Positions 44,720-55,347 of a DNA stretch of 64,000 bases are shown here, one piece after another. The DNA is taken from the sequence record MN894885.1; one strand, given 5' to 3'. Numbering within the stretch: the first letter of the stretch is position 1; each line of letters begins with the position of its first letter. The position numbers and the translations under genes are program-made. The stretch comes from Escherichia phage Ec_Makalu_001. The notes below the pieces were generated by a model, which saw only the letters and a list, made by a program, of their open reading frames with translations, did no database searches and had not been told where the DNA came from.

Positions 44720-47700
44720 ATGGCAGATTTTTCTCAACATTTCAAGGCCACATTTGGCTTTGACGCTGGTAATGAAAAGGTCGTCAATGTAGCATTGGCT
44801 GATAAGAATGTCAACACCGATGCGGTCAACGTTGAATTTTTCAATTACCATAATGGTATTACTCAGTATGACACAACTCGCGGTTATGATCAATACGGAA
44901 CTACAATCTATCAAAACCGTCCGTATTATGCAAAAGAAGATATCACAAAGCCAGCAGGTGATTTTGACCCGACTAAATGGCAAGCACTGCGCACGGACCC
45001 ACGTTGGGATTATATTGCAGCAACTTCCGGTGATACTCCTTTAAAGTCTGGTGATTATATCGCAGCAGATGGTCAATTTGCAAACTTGACTTTCTCTATG
45101 CCAACTAAACCAGCAGAGGGAGACACTATAACAGTAAAAGATATCGGTGGCAAGTGTGGTGTTAACGAATTATCGTTCTTGAGTTCAGGACATGAGTTTT
45201 ACCATAACGGTAATGTGTATAACCGAAAATGGTATTGCACTACCCCGTATGCAATGAACTATTTCATCTTTGTTCGTAATCGTTGGCATGTTTATCAGAC
45301 AGGAACAGAGCCACGCGGTGTGTACGCACAGCCAGCGATTGATGCTATTCAAATGCAGAATGGTGACCAGGTATTTCGTCGTAGTTCGTTGGGTAATATT
45401 ACCTTAGTGCTTCCTAAGTTTGCCAACAATGGCGACATGATCCAGACTACAGACCTTGACGGATTAACCGCAACCAACCACGTTACGGTTAAAGTTCATG
45501 AGCACGCAGAAGAACAATCAATTGGCACGTCCGGTCTAAAAGAGATTATCGGTAAGCGTAGCGGTCATGGTGTATTCATCTTTGACAAGACGGAAAACTT
45601 ATGGCGTTTGTGGGATGGTGATCAGTCTGTTCGTCTTAAACCGATCATCGATGACACTCGCTTGCAACCTAATAGCTATGTTGCTGTATTTGGTGATCGT
45701 GATGTTACTCTGACGCTGCCGACCAATGTCGAGCCGGGTGATCGTATTCAAGTTTCTATGCAGTATATGAACGGAAACCAGAATTGCCGTATTATCACCG
45801 CCACAGAGGATACAAAAATCCTTATGCAGAAAAACATGGTTCAGTTTCCTAAGCGTAGCGAGTACCCATTCAATGGGACCGATACATGGACGGGAGTATC
45901 TGAATTGTCTTTCAACGCTGCAAATGATTATGTACCTTATCTGGAGTTCTCTTATTCAGAAGGTGATGATGGTAAGAAATACTGGTTGGTGGCACATGCT
46001 CACCCGATTGTAGAACGAGTAGATCCGACTCGTAAAGATCGTGTTGGTGTAATTGCACTGGCTACCCAGACTGAAACGAATAAAAACCATGAAGAGAATC
46101 CTAGCGACGAAGTTGCGGTGACTCCAAAGGTTCTGGCTAATAAAACAGCCAACGAAACTAGACGCGGTATTGCTCGCATTGCGACTCAAGCGGAAACGCA
46201 TCAAGATACTGGTTCTATCTTCCTGGATGATGTTATCGTTACGCCTAAAAAGTTAAATGATTGTGTTGCTACCGAAGCCCGTCGTGGCGTGATGGAAATT
46301 GCAACCCAGCACGAAACAAATGAAGGTTTAGACGATACCCGCGCTATTACTCCTAAGAAATTAGAAGAACGTCGCGCTTCCGAAGATCTCGCTGGTATTG
46401 CTGAAATTGTTCAGGCTGGCGGTAGTGCTGCCGCTCGACGTGGCGAAGCTGGTACAGGGATCTATAACATCAACGACCATGTTAAAATTGTTACGCCACA
46501 AAACATCAACGAAGTCAAGGCGACCGAAACTTCCCGTGGTGTTGGCTATCTGGCAACTGACGCGGAAGTGCAAGGGGCTACAGAATCAACCCCGCAAGAT
46601 GCTTTACTAATCACGACTCGCACGCTAACGAAACGTACTGCTACCGAATCGCGCACTGGTATCGCTGAAATTGCAACTCAGGAAGAAACAAACTTAGGTC
46701 AAAGTGATAACCATATCATCACGCCTAAAAAGCTGCATACTCGCCGCGCAACGGAAACTTTACATGGTTTAGCAGAAATTGCAACTCAGCCGGAATTTGA
46801 CGCAGGTCTTGACGATGCTCGCATTTCTACCCCATTGAAGATTAAAACCTTCTTTGAGAATGCACAGCGTTTGAAAGTAGATCCGACTCAGGGGCTTAAC
46901 CTTACTGGTGATTTGTGGCAAGGTATCATGATTCGCGGTCTGGATGCAACAGAAGACACAAAAGGTGTCGCTAAAGTTGCTACTACTCAGCTTACTGACG
47001 CTGGTCAAGATGATACTACAATCATCACTCCTAAAAAGCTGCAAGGCAAAAAGGCCACCGAAGGTAAAGAAGGTATTATCCGAGTTGGTACTCAAGCCGA
47101 AACCGTGGCTGGTACACTGGCTAATGTAGCAATTTCTCCGAAGAACTTCAAATATGTTGTTCAGACAGAGGATACATGGAAAGCAACCGAAGCTCGTCGT
47201 GGTTTCTTGAAAGTTGCTACTCAGGAAAACTGTTTTGTTGGTGACAATCTGCAAGGTTCTACTCAAGAACTAGGAAACTACCAGCATGACGGAATTGCTG
47301 TTACTCCGAAAGGATTAAACTACGCACTTGCTAATTTCTTGCCTAAGATGGCAACCGCTCAGAATAGTTTGAAATTGGGTAACGTAGAGGCCGCTAAATG
47401 GGCGCGTAGAGACATTGACCAGACCATAGAGAGCAATTACACGTTTAATAAAAACGTTAACGTGAAGGGCGATTTAGAGTGCTTAAAATCAGGTTCCTTT
47501 GAAACTCTGTATGTGACTAAGAACTCTACTGATGATCCGAGTAATGGTCATCTGGTGTTGGGTGAGCGTGGAGTTGACGGTCACACCGGAATTACTCTGC
47601 ATGGCACAACCGCATCGGAAGGCATGAAAAACTCCTGGTCTATTATCGTTGGTGGTACTGGAACGGCGCAAGCAGTTAATAGTGGCGCTATCGCTTTCGG

Positions 47701-48460
47701 TCAAATCAATGATGGTGGAGTCGTCGAGCATTACGCCTTTGCTATGGAACACAATGGCGACGCGACAGCATATAGAGACTTTATTGCAGGTCGTAACCTG
47801 TATGCGAAACAAGGCGGTTTATACATTGTTGACCAGTCTAATCCGGCAATGACTCGTTCCCCAGATGGTATGCTGAATATCGGTCACGGTGGAAGTGTTA
47901 ACATCAAGGCAGGTTCTCAAACGTTAACTACAGAGATCGCCGGACAGAAATATCAGATCGTACACGCAGGAAACGCCGACGAAGTTCTTAACCGTCGGTT
48001 TGTTAAGAATGCTGGCGATACAATGGTCGGTAAGCTGACTATGGATAATGCGCCTATTGTTTCTGTTAAACATGAAGCTAGCGCGGCAACCGCTCCGGCA
48101 ATTGGTAACATCGGTTTCTGGAATATGCGAGTTACTACCCAGAACATCAAAGAAACTTATCCAGAGAAGAAAAACGGTACTCTGATGCAATGGGGTACTG
48201 ACGCGGACGGGCTTACCCAGCTTTGGTCCCCTGATGGTACTCATAAACATTATATCCGTTCCGGTACTGGTGGTCAATGGACCGCATGGGGTGAAATTTA
48301 CACCAAACAGAATAAGCCTACCGCTCAGGAAATCGGGGCGGTAGTTGCAGAAGGTGGTTTAATGAACTCTATGACGGTTCGTGATTGGATTAAAGTTGGT
48401 AATGTTAAAATCATCGCCAATAATCTGACTCGTACCGTAGACTTTATCTGGGAAGACTAA
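44720..48460 (+). CDS. 34: long tail fibre proximal subunit gp34
   Basis: 1246 aa; MADFSQHFKATFGFDAGNEK N-terminus; repeated TPKKL..ATE..GIAEIATQ.E motifs; TATAAATA late promoter at 44684-44691. Confidence 0.8.
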   Translation: MADFSQHFKATFGFDAGNEKVVNVALADKNVNTDAVNVEFFNYHNGITQYDTTRGYDQYGTTIYQNRPYYAKEDITKPAGDFDPTKWQALRTDPRWDYIAATSGDTPLKSGDYIAADGQFANLTFSMPTKPAEGDTITVKDIGGKCGVNELSFLSSGHEFYHNGNVYNRKWYCTTPYAMNYFIFVRNRWHVYQTGTEPRGVYAQPAIDAIQMQNGDQVFRRSSLGNITLVLPKFANNGDMIQTTDLDGLTATNHVTVKVHEHAEEQSIGTSGLKEIIGKRSGHGVFIFDKTENLWRLWDGDQSVRLKPIIDDTRLQPNSYVAVFGDRDVTLTLPTNVEPGDRIQVSMQYMNGNQNCRIITATEDTKILMQKNMVQFPKRSEYPFNGTDTWTGVSELSFNAANDYVPYLEFSYSEGDDGKKYWLVAHAHPIVERVDPTRKDRVGVIALATQTETNKNHEENPSDEVAVTPKVLANKTANETRRGIARIATQAETHQDTGSIFLDDVIVTPKKLNDCVATEARRGVMEIATQHETNEGLDDTRAITPKKLEERRASEDLAGIAEIVQAGGSAAARRGEAGTGIYNINDHVKIVTPQNINEVKATETSRGVGYLATDAEVQGATESTPQDALLITTRTLTKRTATESRTGIAEIATQEETNLGQSDNHIITPKKLHTRRATETLHGLAEIATQPEFDAGLDDARISTPLKIKTFFENAQRLKVDPTQGLNLTGDLWQGIMIRGLDATEDTKGVAKVATTQLTDAGQDDTTIITPKKLQGKKATEGKEGIIRVGTQAETVAGTLANVAISPKNFKYVVQTEDTWKATEARRGFLKVATQENCFVGDNLQGSTQELGNYQHDGIAVTPKGLNYALANFLPKMATAQNSLKLGNVEAAKWARRDIDQTIESNYTFNKNVNVKGDLECLKSGSFETLYVTKNSTDDPSNGHLVLGERGVDGHTGITLHGTTASEGMKNSWSIIVGGTGTAQAVNSGAIAFGQINDGGVVEHYAFAMEHNGDATAYRDFIAGRNLYAKQGGLYIVDQSNPAMTRSPDGMLNIGHGGSVNIKAGSQTLTTEIAGQKYQIVHAGNADEVLNRRFVKNAGDTMVGKLTMDNAPIVSVKHEASAATAPAIGNIGFWNMRVTTQNIKETYPEKKNGTLMQWGTDADGLTQLWSPDGTHKHYIRSGTGGQWTAWGEIYTKQNKPTAQEIGAVVAEGGLMNSMTVRDWIKVGNVKIIANNLTRTVDFIWED

Positions 48461-48493
48461 TTAAAGGGGGCGAAAGCCCCCTATGGGGTTATT

Positions 48494-49633
48494 ATGACAC
48501 AAGAGATAGAATTACGCAACACTGGAATTAGGTTTGCGCATTTCGATGAGGACTCCGCGACATTTACCAGCATTTCAGAAAACAACTCTGTGATGTATAA
48601 GCTGGAAGTGCGCGGATCTAATGCGGATTCTACCAAACCAGCAAGGATTAGATTTAATGGAGTGGAGATCGTTGGTACTGGCTATGAAAATGGCCTAAAT
48701 TTTAAAGTTCTTACTCCAACTGGACAACTACACGAAGAAAAGGTATTCTATGGTCGCGGTGCTGTTTTGGCAATGCGTGATTATCTTTCTTTGCTGAAAG
48801 GTGACTATATCATTGCGATGGCAACGCATGGAGAATTGTTTGCAGATCCGGTAAGTGATGTTGTATTTTCTAAGCTGGGATCTGTATCATTCCCGAATCA
48901 CATTTTGTTACAGCAAATGCCTCGTGTATCCTATGCAGCAATTTATTCTACGAAAATGGGTAAAATTGTGTGCGAAGGTATGCAAGCGACCCACGGGGAA
49001 GGACAAGATTCATCTATACAAATTGAGAAAGTCTATGATACTATAGATGATCTTGCTATAACAGGAACACCACAACGATTTTTAGATTATCCGGTTGAGT
49101 ATGTTAGCGAAGATGCCGAACATTTCGAGCTAATACAATGGCCTCACGATGAGATCAGCGCCCCACTTGAGGATTTTAACATAAAGGCAGGTGACAAACT
49201 ATCAATATCCTTTGAATTGTTCCGTGATAGTGCCGCAGCCGCAGCCAACGTAACAGCGCGTTTCTATCACAACTACTTCACCGATGGACAATATAAAACT
49301 GGTGTTCGATACAATGCCAGCAAAAAAGATCAATGGGAAAAGTTTGAAGCCGTCTATACCGTACCGGAAGGAGTTGATAGTGTAGTAACTGGTTGTATCA
49401 GATATCCAACCAACTCAAATGAAGGTATTGTTAAAATTAGAAACATACTAATAACGCCGATCAGTGGAGTCGTCAAAACTACTGGTCCTACTTCATTTGG
49501 TGTTAATGGTGTTAGAACAACTCATATTCAGGATAACGGTGATTTTACTAACCCTGTAATGAGTCTTCTTAAGCTGCCTAGAGACAATAAACATATCACA
49601 TCCAACAACTTTAAAGAGTTCGATGTTGATTAA
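48494..49633 (+). CDS. 35: long tail fibre hinge connector gp35
   Basis: 379 aa; position between 34 and 36. Confidence 0.6.
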   Translation: MTQEIELRNTGIRFAHFDEDSATFTSISENNSVMYKLEVRGSNADSTKPARIRFNGVEIVGTGYENGLNFKVLTPTGQLHEEKVFYGRGAVLAMRDYLSLLKGDYIIAMATHGELFADPVSDVVFSKLGSVSFPNHILLQQMPRVSYAAIYSTKMGKIVCEGMQATHGEGQDSSIQIEKVYDTIDDLAITGTPQRFLDYPVEYVSEDAEHFELIQWPHDEISAPLEDFNIKAGDKLSISFELFRDSAAAAANVTARFYHNYFTDGQYKTGVRYNASKKDQWEKFEAVYTVPEGVDSVVTGCIRYPTNSNEGIVKIRNILITPISGVVKTTGPTSFGVNGVRTTHIQDNGDFTNPVMSLLKLPRDNKHITSNNFKEFDVD

Positions 49634-49643
49634 CATTTTTTAC

Positions 49644-49674
49644 AAGCCGATCCATGTGGTCGGCTTTATTTTTA
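49644..49674 (+). terminator. rho-independent terminator after gene 35
   Basis: AGCCGA-loop-TCGGCT followed by TTTATTTTT. Confidence 0.55.
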
Positions 49675-49794
49675 TACAGTTGGTTAAAATGTAACCAAAA
49701 CGAAGAAAGATCTTTAGAATAATAGAAAATTTGTTTCGGTTAAAAATTAGTCAGTGCCTACGGCACGTCGCGAAGCGATATTTTGTTAACATTC

Positions 49795-49802
49795 TATAAA
49801 TA
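49795..49802 (+). promoter_or_regulatory. T4-type late promoter motif TATAAATA upstream of gene 36
   Basis: Exact TATAAATA ~33 nt upstream of ATG at 49836. Confidence 0.55.
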
Positions 49803-49835
49803 CTCGGAACTATAACTAATTTTTGAGGTTACTTT

Positions 49836-51326
49836 ATGGCAGATTTGAAATATGGATCTACTGTAGGTGGATCTCCCATTTGGACGCAAGGAAACTTGAC
49901 GATCCAGCCAGCGGGGGATCAGCTTTTCTACAAAGGTCATAAAATCTATACCGCTTTTGATAGACCTTCGGCTACCGATTTTGATGCTGTTAGTGCATCC
50001 GAAGGTGGCACATTTCAAAAGCAAGTTCATTTCGAGGAAGGTTTAAGCGTAGGTAGCGCATCGGCTGGAGAAACCAAAAAGAATGGTATCTTTAAAGGTC
50101 AGAGTGACGCTGCTAATTTTGACGGTGTAAGCTGGGGTTTGCATTCATGGAAGTCAATCGGCTTTGTTAATGCCCGTGATGGCGTTATCATGGCTTATAT
50201 TGACACCACAACGGGCGAATTTAAGTCTAAAGGGACTATCGAAGGGACAACCATTAAAGACACAGGTCAACGCGTCTATAGCCCTGTTAATAAACCAACG
50301 AATAATGATTTAGATTTGGTGTCTCGTCGCGGTGATACCCTCACAGGAACATATAATTTAAACACTGTCACTGTTAAACTATCGGTTGATTCGAAATTAA
50401 TTGCAAGGGAACGTGATTTAATTAATTTTGATGCGACTAAGATCTATTATGGTAACGTTCTTGATACGTTGGTATTCCGAAGTAAAGATGAGCCTACCAT
50501 TTTTGTTAATGGCAAAGAAGGTCGTTTTTATCACACCAACAATAAACCAACTAAAGCCGATGTGGGACTAGGCAATGTCACCAATGATGCACAGGTTAAA
50601 CGTGCTGGTGATATTATGGAAGGTAACTTGCAAGCGCCTAGAATGTTGGCGACAAACGATCCTGCTGGTCCGAATGAATTGGTTCGTTTGAGCTACTTTG
50701 AGAGAAAATCAATGGTAGCAAATCCAACCATCATAGGAAACGTTGATTGGAACACTCTTATTAATCGCGGTATCTATCGTGTGGAAAATGCGGGATCAGG
50801 TACTAATAAACCGTCTGATAGCTATTATAACGGCGTTTTGATGGTATACCGACCAGAAGATGCGGTCGGTACTCGTCGAATTGTTCAGGTGTATTATCCT
50901 GAATCTATTGACCATCCGATGTGCTGGCGTTCTTGTTCTAATGAATCGTGGACTGCATGGAACTATGTGGATCACCGTAAATTAGCCGATATTCGCTATG
51001 TTAACGTAACTGGAGATACCATGACAGGGCCGTTAACTGTTCCGGCTGCAAATGGCGTTAGAACGGCTAGAGGTGCATATAATGGTGATAACTACTATGC
51101 TGGGTTAAATAGTGCCGATGGCACGGCTATGATTCACCGTATCAGCGATATTAAAGCCACCGAAAAATTGGGGATCACCCACGACTCAAAGGTCGTGTTT
51201 TTCCGTTCTAGAAACAATACTCAAACCGTGGATCGCTATCAGCTTTATCATGAAGGTAATAAACCTACTCCGGCTGATGTTGGTGCGGTTCCACTTAATG
51301 CGGTGATTGATTTTGGTACTTTCTAA
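49836..51326 (+). CDS. 36: long tail fibre distal connector gp36 (enlarged)
   Basis: 496 aa; N-terminus MADLKYGSTVGGSPIWTQGN resembles T4 gp36 MADLKVGSTTGGSVIWHQGN; TATAAATA late promoter at 49795-49802. Confidence 0.7.
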   Translation: MADLKYGSTVGGSPIWTQGNLTIQPAGDQLFYKGHKIYTAFDRPSATDFDAVSASEGGTFQKQVHFEEGLSVGSASAGETKKNGIFKGQSDAANFDGVSWGLHSWKSIGFVNARDGVIMAYIDTTTGEFKSKGTIEGTTIKDTGQRVYSPVNKPTNNDLDLVSRRGDTLTGTYNLNTVTVKLSVDSKLIARERDLINFDATKIYYGNVLDTLVFRSKDEPTIFVNGKEGRFYHTNNKPTKADVGLGNVTNDAQVKRAGDIMEGNLQAPRMLATNDPAGPNELVRLSYFERKSMVANPTIIGNVDWNTLINRGIYRVENAGSGTNKPSDSYYNGVLMVYRPEDAVGTRRIVQVYYPESIDHPMCWRSCSNESWTAWNYVDHRKLADIRYVNVTGDTMTGPLTVPAANGVRTARGAYNGDNYYAGLNSADGTAMIHRISDIKATEKLGITHDSKVVFFRSRNNTQTVDRYQLYHEGNKPTPADVGAVPLNAVIDFGTF

Positions 51327-51330
51327 TTTT

Positions 51331-51355
51331 AGCGGGGATTCTCTCCCCGCTTTTC
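51331..51355 (+). terminator. rho-independent terminator after gene 36
   Basis: GCGGGGA-TTCTC-TCCCCGC followed by TTTT. Confidence 0.6.
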
Positions 51356-51396
51356 TAAATAATATTATTCTAATAACCGTTTAAGGATTTTATAAA

Positions 51397-54339
51397 ATGG
51401 CAGATTTAAGCAGAATCCAATTTAAACGTACTAGCACTAAAGGCCGTCGACCTGATGCTGGTACGATGAATCCGGGGGAATTGGCAATCAACCTTGCGGA
51501 TCAATATCTTCTTACTAAAAATGATTCCGGCGCTATTATCAATTTAAGTTGTCCTCCGGTTTATGACCGTGATGTTACAATGGCGGGTAAGGTTAAAGGA
51601 AATAATTATATTTTAAGTAAAACCGCCAATTATCTGGAAGACCAGACAGCGAGAGATCTTAACTACTTTGGTGCTTTCCGTACCAATAGTCTAGATGGAC
51701 TCATGGATCTAACCCTTAACGTTCCTCACTCTTCCGGTAAAGCGCATGGTCGAGGATTTACTTTCCGTTATGGGACTGGCGGATCTCGTGTTGAAACCTA
51801 TGGTTTTGATGTTCAGGGACAAAAAGCATTTAGTTATAAAATGTATCATGAAGGGGATAAACCGACTCCCTCAGAATTGAACGTTTATAGCAAACAAGAA
51901 GTTGACCGTATGTTTGTTAAAACCGTTAAACTTGCTACAGTTCCTGTTGATATCGTTGACGGTTATTTTAAATTAGCAACTGCATTGATTCCGCAAAACG
52001 GTCGTAGTGTATTTTTCCGTATTCATGGTGGTAACGGATATAACGTTACTGCATACGATCAAGTTGATATTGTAGAAATTGTTATTCGCAGTGGAAATAA
52101 TCGTCCTAAAGGTGTTAACGTTATTGCATACCGCCGAAATACAAACAAAGCATTTGATGTTTTGGCTGTTAATACTTCTGGTGATAACTATGATATCTAC
52201 GTGAAATATCAGCGTTACACTGATAACGTTATTGTTGAATTTGGTAAAAGTGTTGATGTTGATCTGGTGGTTCATGACGTTCCAGACTTTGTTGTTGATC
52301 GTCCTGTTGGTGATAATGTTATTGGCGGTCGCGCGGTAACTCTTTTTAACACCGAAAACAAACGAGGTGTGTTGAGTTTTGACGATAACACACAAAATAG
52401 TTATGATATTGTTCACTTGAGTAATGATAAAGGTACTGGAAGGAAATATATTCGTAAATTCCGTAGTAACTATAATGAAATGATCTGGCATGAGACGGTT
52501 CAAGGTTCCAGTTATCGACTCGCCACGGGTAGTACAGATGCTCAGGAAATTATAACTATTGAATCTAGTAGCTCAATTGCTGGAACTCATAAAGGTAATA
52601 TTATTTCTGGTCGTATGCTGTTAAATGGCGGATCTAATGCCATTACACTACGCCGACCTGCTGGTCAGTCTAATCATATCGCTTTTCAGGATAACCGCAC
52701 CGGAGATATTACTCGTCAAGGATGGATCGGTTATGCAAACGCTGATACTAACGTTTTTGAATGGTATAGTGATGTAGGCGGTAGTTCTATTCGTCAACAT
52801 ATTGACGGCCAGATAGAACTTCAAACTGGCAATATGAAGCGAGTTTATACTAACGCTCAATTCATCTCAATGAATAGCGACGCCTACCGTATGCTCTATG
52901 GTAATTATGGTGCATTCTGGCGTAATGACGGCGTTAAAGTTTATCTTCTTTCTACTGCCGAAAATGATAAATTGGGCGGATGGAATACTTATCGTCCATT
53001 CATTTATGATTTAACTTCCGGTAACGTTCAATTAGGTGGTGATGGTAACGAAGATGCATTAACTTTAGAATGTGCTTCTCGTGCCGCTCGCTTTAGTAAT
53101 GACGTTTACATTAAGAAAGGGCTTTTGACTTTCGACGCTGGGCGCGCTGGGTCTCGCGATTATATTCGATTTAATCATTGGGGTGATAGCAATAATGCTC
53201 GTGATAACGTTTTGTACATAGAAGATAGTCAAGGCCGACATTTTAGCACAGAACGTGCGATGGGTACTGGTGCTCTTAAAGCATACTTCTTAGGCGATCT
53301 TGAAGTCGGTGGTAAGTTTACTTGGGGTAAAAATACAGCTACATCTAGCTTTAATATTCGTGCATGGGGTAGTGATTCTCGTAAGCAAGTATTAGAATGC
53401 GCGGATGAAAGTGGTTGGCATTGGTATACCCAGCGACCGGGCGGTCCGGGTACTTCGGCAATTGAGTTTGCCATCAACGGTACTGTTAAGCCTCAAGCAA
53501 TTCATACTGGCGGCAATATTCTTTTGAACGGTGCCGATATTGAATTTCGTCGCACCGGTAATAAGCATTTGTGGTTTAGAGATCCAGACGGTTTAGAGTT
53601 AGGCTTGATGTACTGCGATGATGCTGGTGCTATTCGCTTCCGTGGTCAGAAACAAGCCCAGACGTGGAAATTTGCAGATAAAATGATCCAGTTGGAATCT
53701 GGTACTGTATCTGGTGGCGGTAATGGCCTGATTCGTGGTGAAGTTGCTGGCGGTAGTTGGGCTAGCTGGCGTGACCGTCCTGCTGGTCTTATGGTTGGGT
53801 GTCCTCAATCCGTTGACTCGGCACATAACGTATGGAAAGCGACGCATTGGGGTAAATATCATATCGCAGCAATGGGTGTACATGTTCCTAGTGGTACTAT
53901 TACCAATGCTTTAGCTCGCCTAAACGTTCATGACGCCAACTTTGACTTTAGCGCCTCCGGTGACCTGTCGGTAGGTCGTAATGGTTCGTTTAACGATGTT
54001 TATATTCGTTCTGATGCTCGCCTTAAAATCAACAAAGAAGAGTATAAAGAGAATGCCACCGATAAAGTTAATCGCTTGACGGTATACACCTATGACAAGG
54101 TTAAATCTTTAACCGACCGTACTGTCATTGCTCATGAAGTTGGTATTATTGCTCAGGAACTTGAAAAAGAATTGCCGGAAGCAGTAACAACTTCTAAGGT
54201 CGGCGATCCTGATAAGCCAGAAGAGATCTTAACAATTTCTAACTCTGCTGTCAACGCTCTTTTAATTAAGGCGTTTCAGGAAATGAGCGAAGAATTGAAA
54301 GCCGTTAAAGCTGAACTAGCGGAACTTAAAAAGAATTAA
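51397..54339 (+). CDS. 37: long tail fibre distal subunit gp37 with C-terminal intramolecular chaperone-like domain
   Basis: 980 aa; position after 36; C-terminal ~120 aa (SDARLKINKEEY...VGIIAQELEKELPEAV...coiled-coil) resembles the self-cleaving chaperone domain of endosialidase/T5 pb1-type fibres. Confidence 0.7.
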   Translation: MADLSRIQFKRTSTKGRRPDAGTMNPGELAINLADQYLLTKNDSGAIINLSCPPVYDRDVTMAGKVKGNNYILSKTANYLEDQTARDLNYFGAFRTNSLDGLMDLTLNVPHSSGKAHGRGFTFRYGTGGSRVETYGFDVQGQKAFSYKMYHEGDKPTPSELNVYSKQEVDRMFVKTVKLATVPVDIVDGYFKLATALIPQNGRSVFFRIHGGNGYNVTAYDQVDIVEIVIRSGNNRPKGVNVIAYRRNTNKAFDVLAVNTSGDNYDIYVKYQRYTDNVIVEFGKSVDVDLVVHDVPDFVVDRPVGDNVIGGRAVTLFNTENKRGVLSFDDNTQNSYDIVHLSNDKGTGRKYIRKFRSNYNEMIWHETVQGSSYRLATGSTDAQEIITIESSSSIAGTHKGNIISGRMLLNGGSNAITLRRPAGQSNHIAFQDNRTGDITRQGWIGYANADTNVFEWYSDVGGSSIRQHIDGQIELQTGNMKRVYTNAQFISMNSDAYRMLYGNYGAFWRNDGVKVYLLSTAENDKLGGWNTYRPFIYDLTSGNVQLGGDGNEDALTLECASRAARFSNDVYIKKGLLTFDAGRAGSRDYIRFNHWGDSNNARDNVLYIEDSQGRHFSTERAMGTGALKAYFLGDLEVGGKFTWGKNTATSSFNIRAWGSDSRKQVLECADESGWHWYTQRPGGPGTSAIEFAINGTVKPQAIHTGGNILLNGADIEFRRTGNKHLWFRDPDGLELGLMYCDDAGAIRFRGQKQAQTWKFADKMIQLESGTVSGGGNGLIRGEVAGGSWASWRDRPAGLMVGCPQSVDSAHNVWKATHWGKYHIAAMGVHVPSGTITNALARLNVHDANFDFSASGDLSVGRNGSFNDVYIRSDARLKINKEEYKENATDKVNRLTVYTYDKVKSLTDRTVIAHEVGIIAQELEKELPEAVTTSKVGDPDKPEEILTISNSAVNALLIKAFQEMSEELKAVKAELAELKKN

Positions 54340-54379
54340 GGAAACTCCCAGGGAAGGGAACTACTAAGGAGAAACGGCT

Positions 54380-54619
54380 ATGGTCTATAATATCGTCATT
54401 GGTGCTTTGTCTAATTTCGGAATGAAATTATTGTCAAAGTTAATTAGTGAAAAGATGCTCACTAAAATTTTCTTCTATTGCGCTCGTCGTCTTGCGGCTT
54501 ATACCAATACGCCAATTGATGATCGTTTTGTGGAAGAACTTTATAAGGAGTTTAATAAAGATCAGTCGGAAGATAGTAACGAGCAAGATAAACCTAGTGA
54601 TAGTCAACTACCTAAATAA
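54380..54619 (+). CDS. hypothetical protein (79 aa), hydrophobic N-terminus
   Basis: ORF between 37 and t; no similarity to gp38 recognised. Confidence 0.35.
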   Translation: MVYNIVIGALSNFGMKLLSKLISEKMLTKIFFYCARRLAAYTNTPIDDRFVEELYKEFNKDQSEDSNEQDKPSDSQLPK

Positions 54620-54652
54620 GAGTACACTGTCATAGTTATCTTAGGGCATTAT

Positions 54653-55309
54653 ATGCAAGTTTCTGAAAAAGGGAAAGACTTTGCTATCTCAAATGTCCTG
54701 CGCGCTATTTTCACAACTAAAAGCACGGAGTTGCTCGTACTTCGTGTTTTTGCTGCCGTCGTGTTGTCCATATTAGCATTTGTCGTTTATAGTAAAAACG
54801 AGTTATTCGCGCTTTATAAAGAGACTCGTTATGAGACTTATGCTCACATTCTCCAGGTAGAGAAAGACCGCAATTTTGATAATGCAGCACAGGAGCAGTT
54901 ACAGATAGTTCATGTATCGGCTGATGCCGATTTTTCTGCTGTTTTTAGTTTTCGTCCGAAAAACCTAAACTATTTTGTTGATTTGGTGGCATATGAAGGA
55001 AAGCTACCGCATACAATCGATGAAAAAAATTTAGGCGGATTCCCTATCAATAAAACGAGTGAAGAATATCGTAGGCATCTTTTAGGTAAATCCTATTTTA
55101 CCGATAAAGATTTCCAGTATATTCCATCGAGGGAGAAAAAATTAGAGAATATTGATATAGGGTTTATGTATTCTTGTCCTATATTCAATCTCGATAATGT
55201 CTATTCTGGTAGTATTGCCATTTCATGGAAGAATAAACCAGATATTGATATCGAGAATTTAGATACTCTTTGTAATCAATCTGCCAGAATCCTCGGAAGG
55301 ATTAGATAA
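54653..55309 (+). CDS. t: holin (T-type)
   Basis: 218 aa, same length as T4 T; strong similarity (ETRYETYAHIL, QIVHVSADADFSAVFSFRPKNLNYFVDLVAYEGKLP, CNQSARILGR). Confidence 0.85.
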   Translation: MQVSEKGKDFAISNVLRAIFTTKSTELLVLRVFAAVVLSILAFVVYSKNELFALYKETRYETYAHILQVEKDRNFDNAAQEQLQIVHVSADADFSAVFSFRPKNLNYFVDLVAYEGKLPHTIDEKNLGGFPINKTSEEYRRHLLGKSYFTDKDFQYIPSREKKLENIDIGFMYSCPIFNLDNVYSGSIAISWKNKPDIDIENLDTLCNQSARILGRIR

Positions 55310-55313
55310 CTTA

Positions 55314-55347
55314 AAGGGGAAGCCTTTCGGCCTCCCCTTCTTTTTTA
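55314..55347. terminator. terminator hairpin after holin t (possibly bidirectional)
   Basis: GGGGAAGCC-TTTC-GGCCTCCCC followed by T-run; convergent genes on both sides. Confidence 0.55.

Noticed and set aside
46769-47266. 165-aa minus-strand ORF
   Set aside because: Antisense within gene 34 (tail fibre); Cys/Phe-rich low-complexity translation typical of shadow ORFs.
48462-48490. Hairpin GGGGGCGAAAGCCCCC after gene 34 as a terminator
   Set aside because: No T-run follows and gene 35 starts immediately after, so it is more likely an mRNA structural element or processing site than a terminator; kept out of the feature list.
51973-52503. 176-aa minus-strand ORF
   Set aside because: Antisense within gene 37; Asn/Ile-rich shadow ORF.
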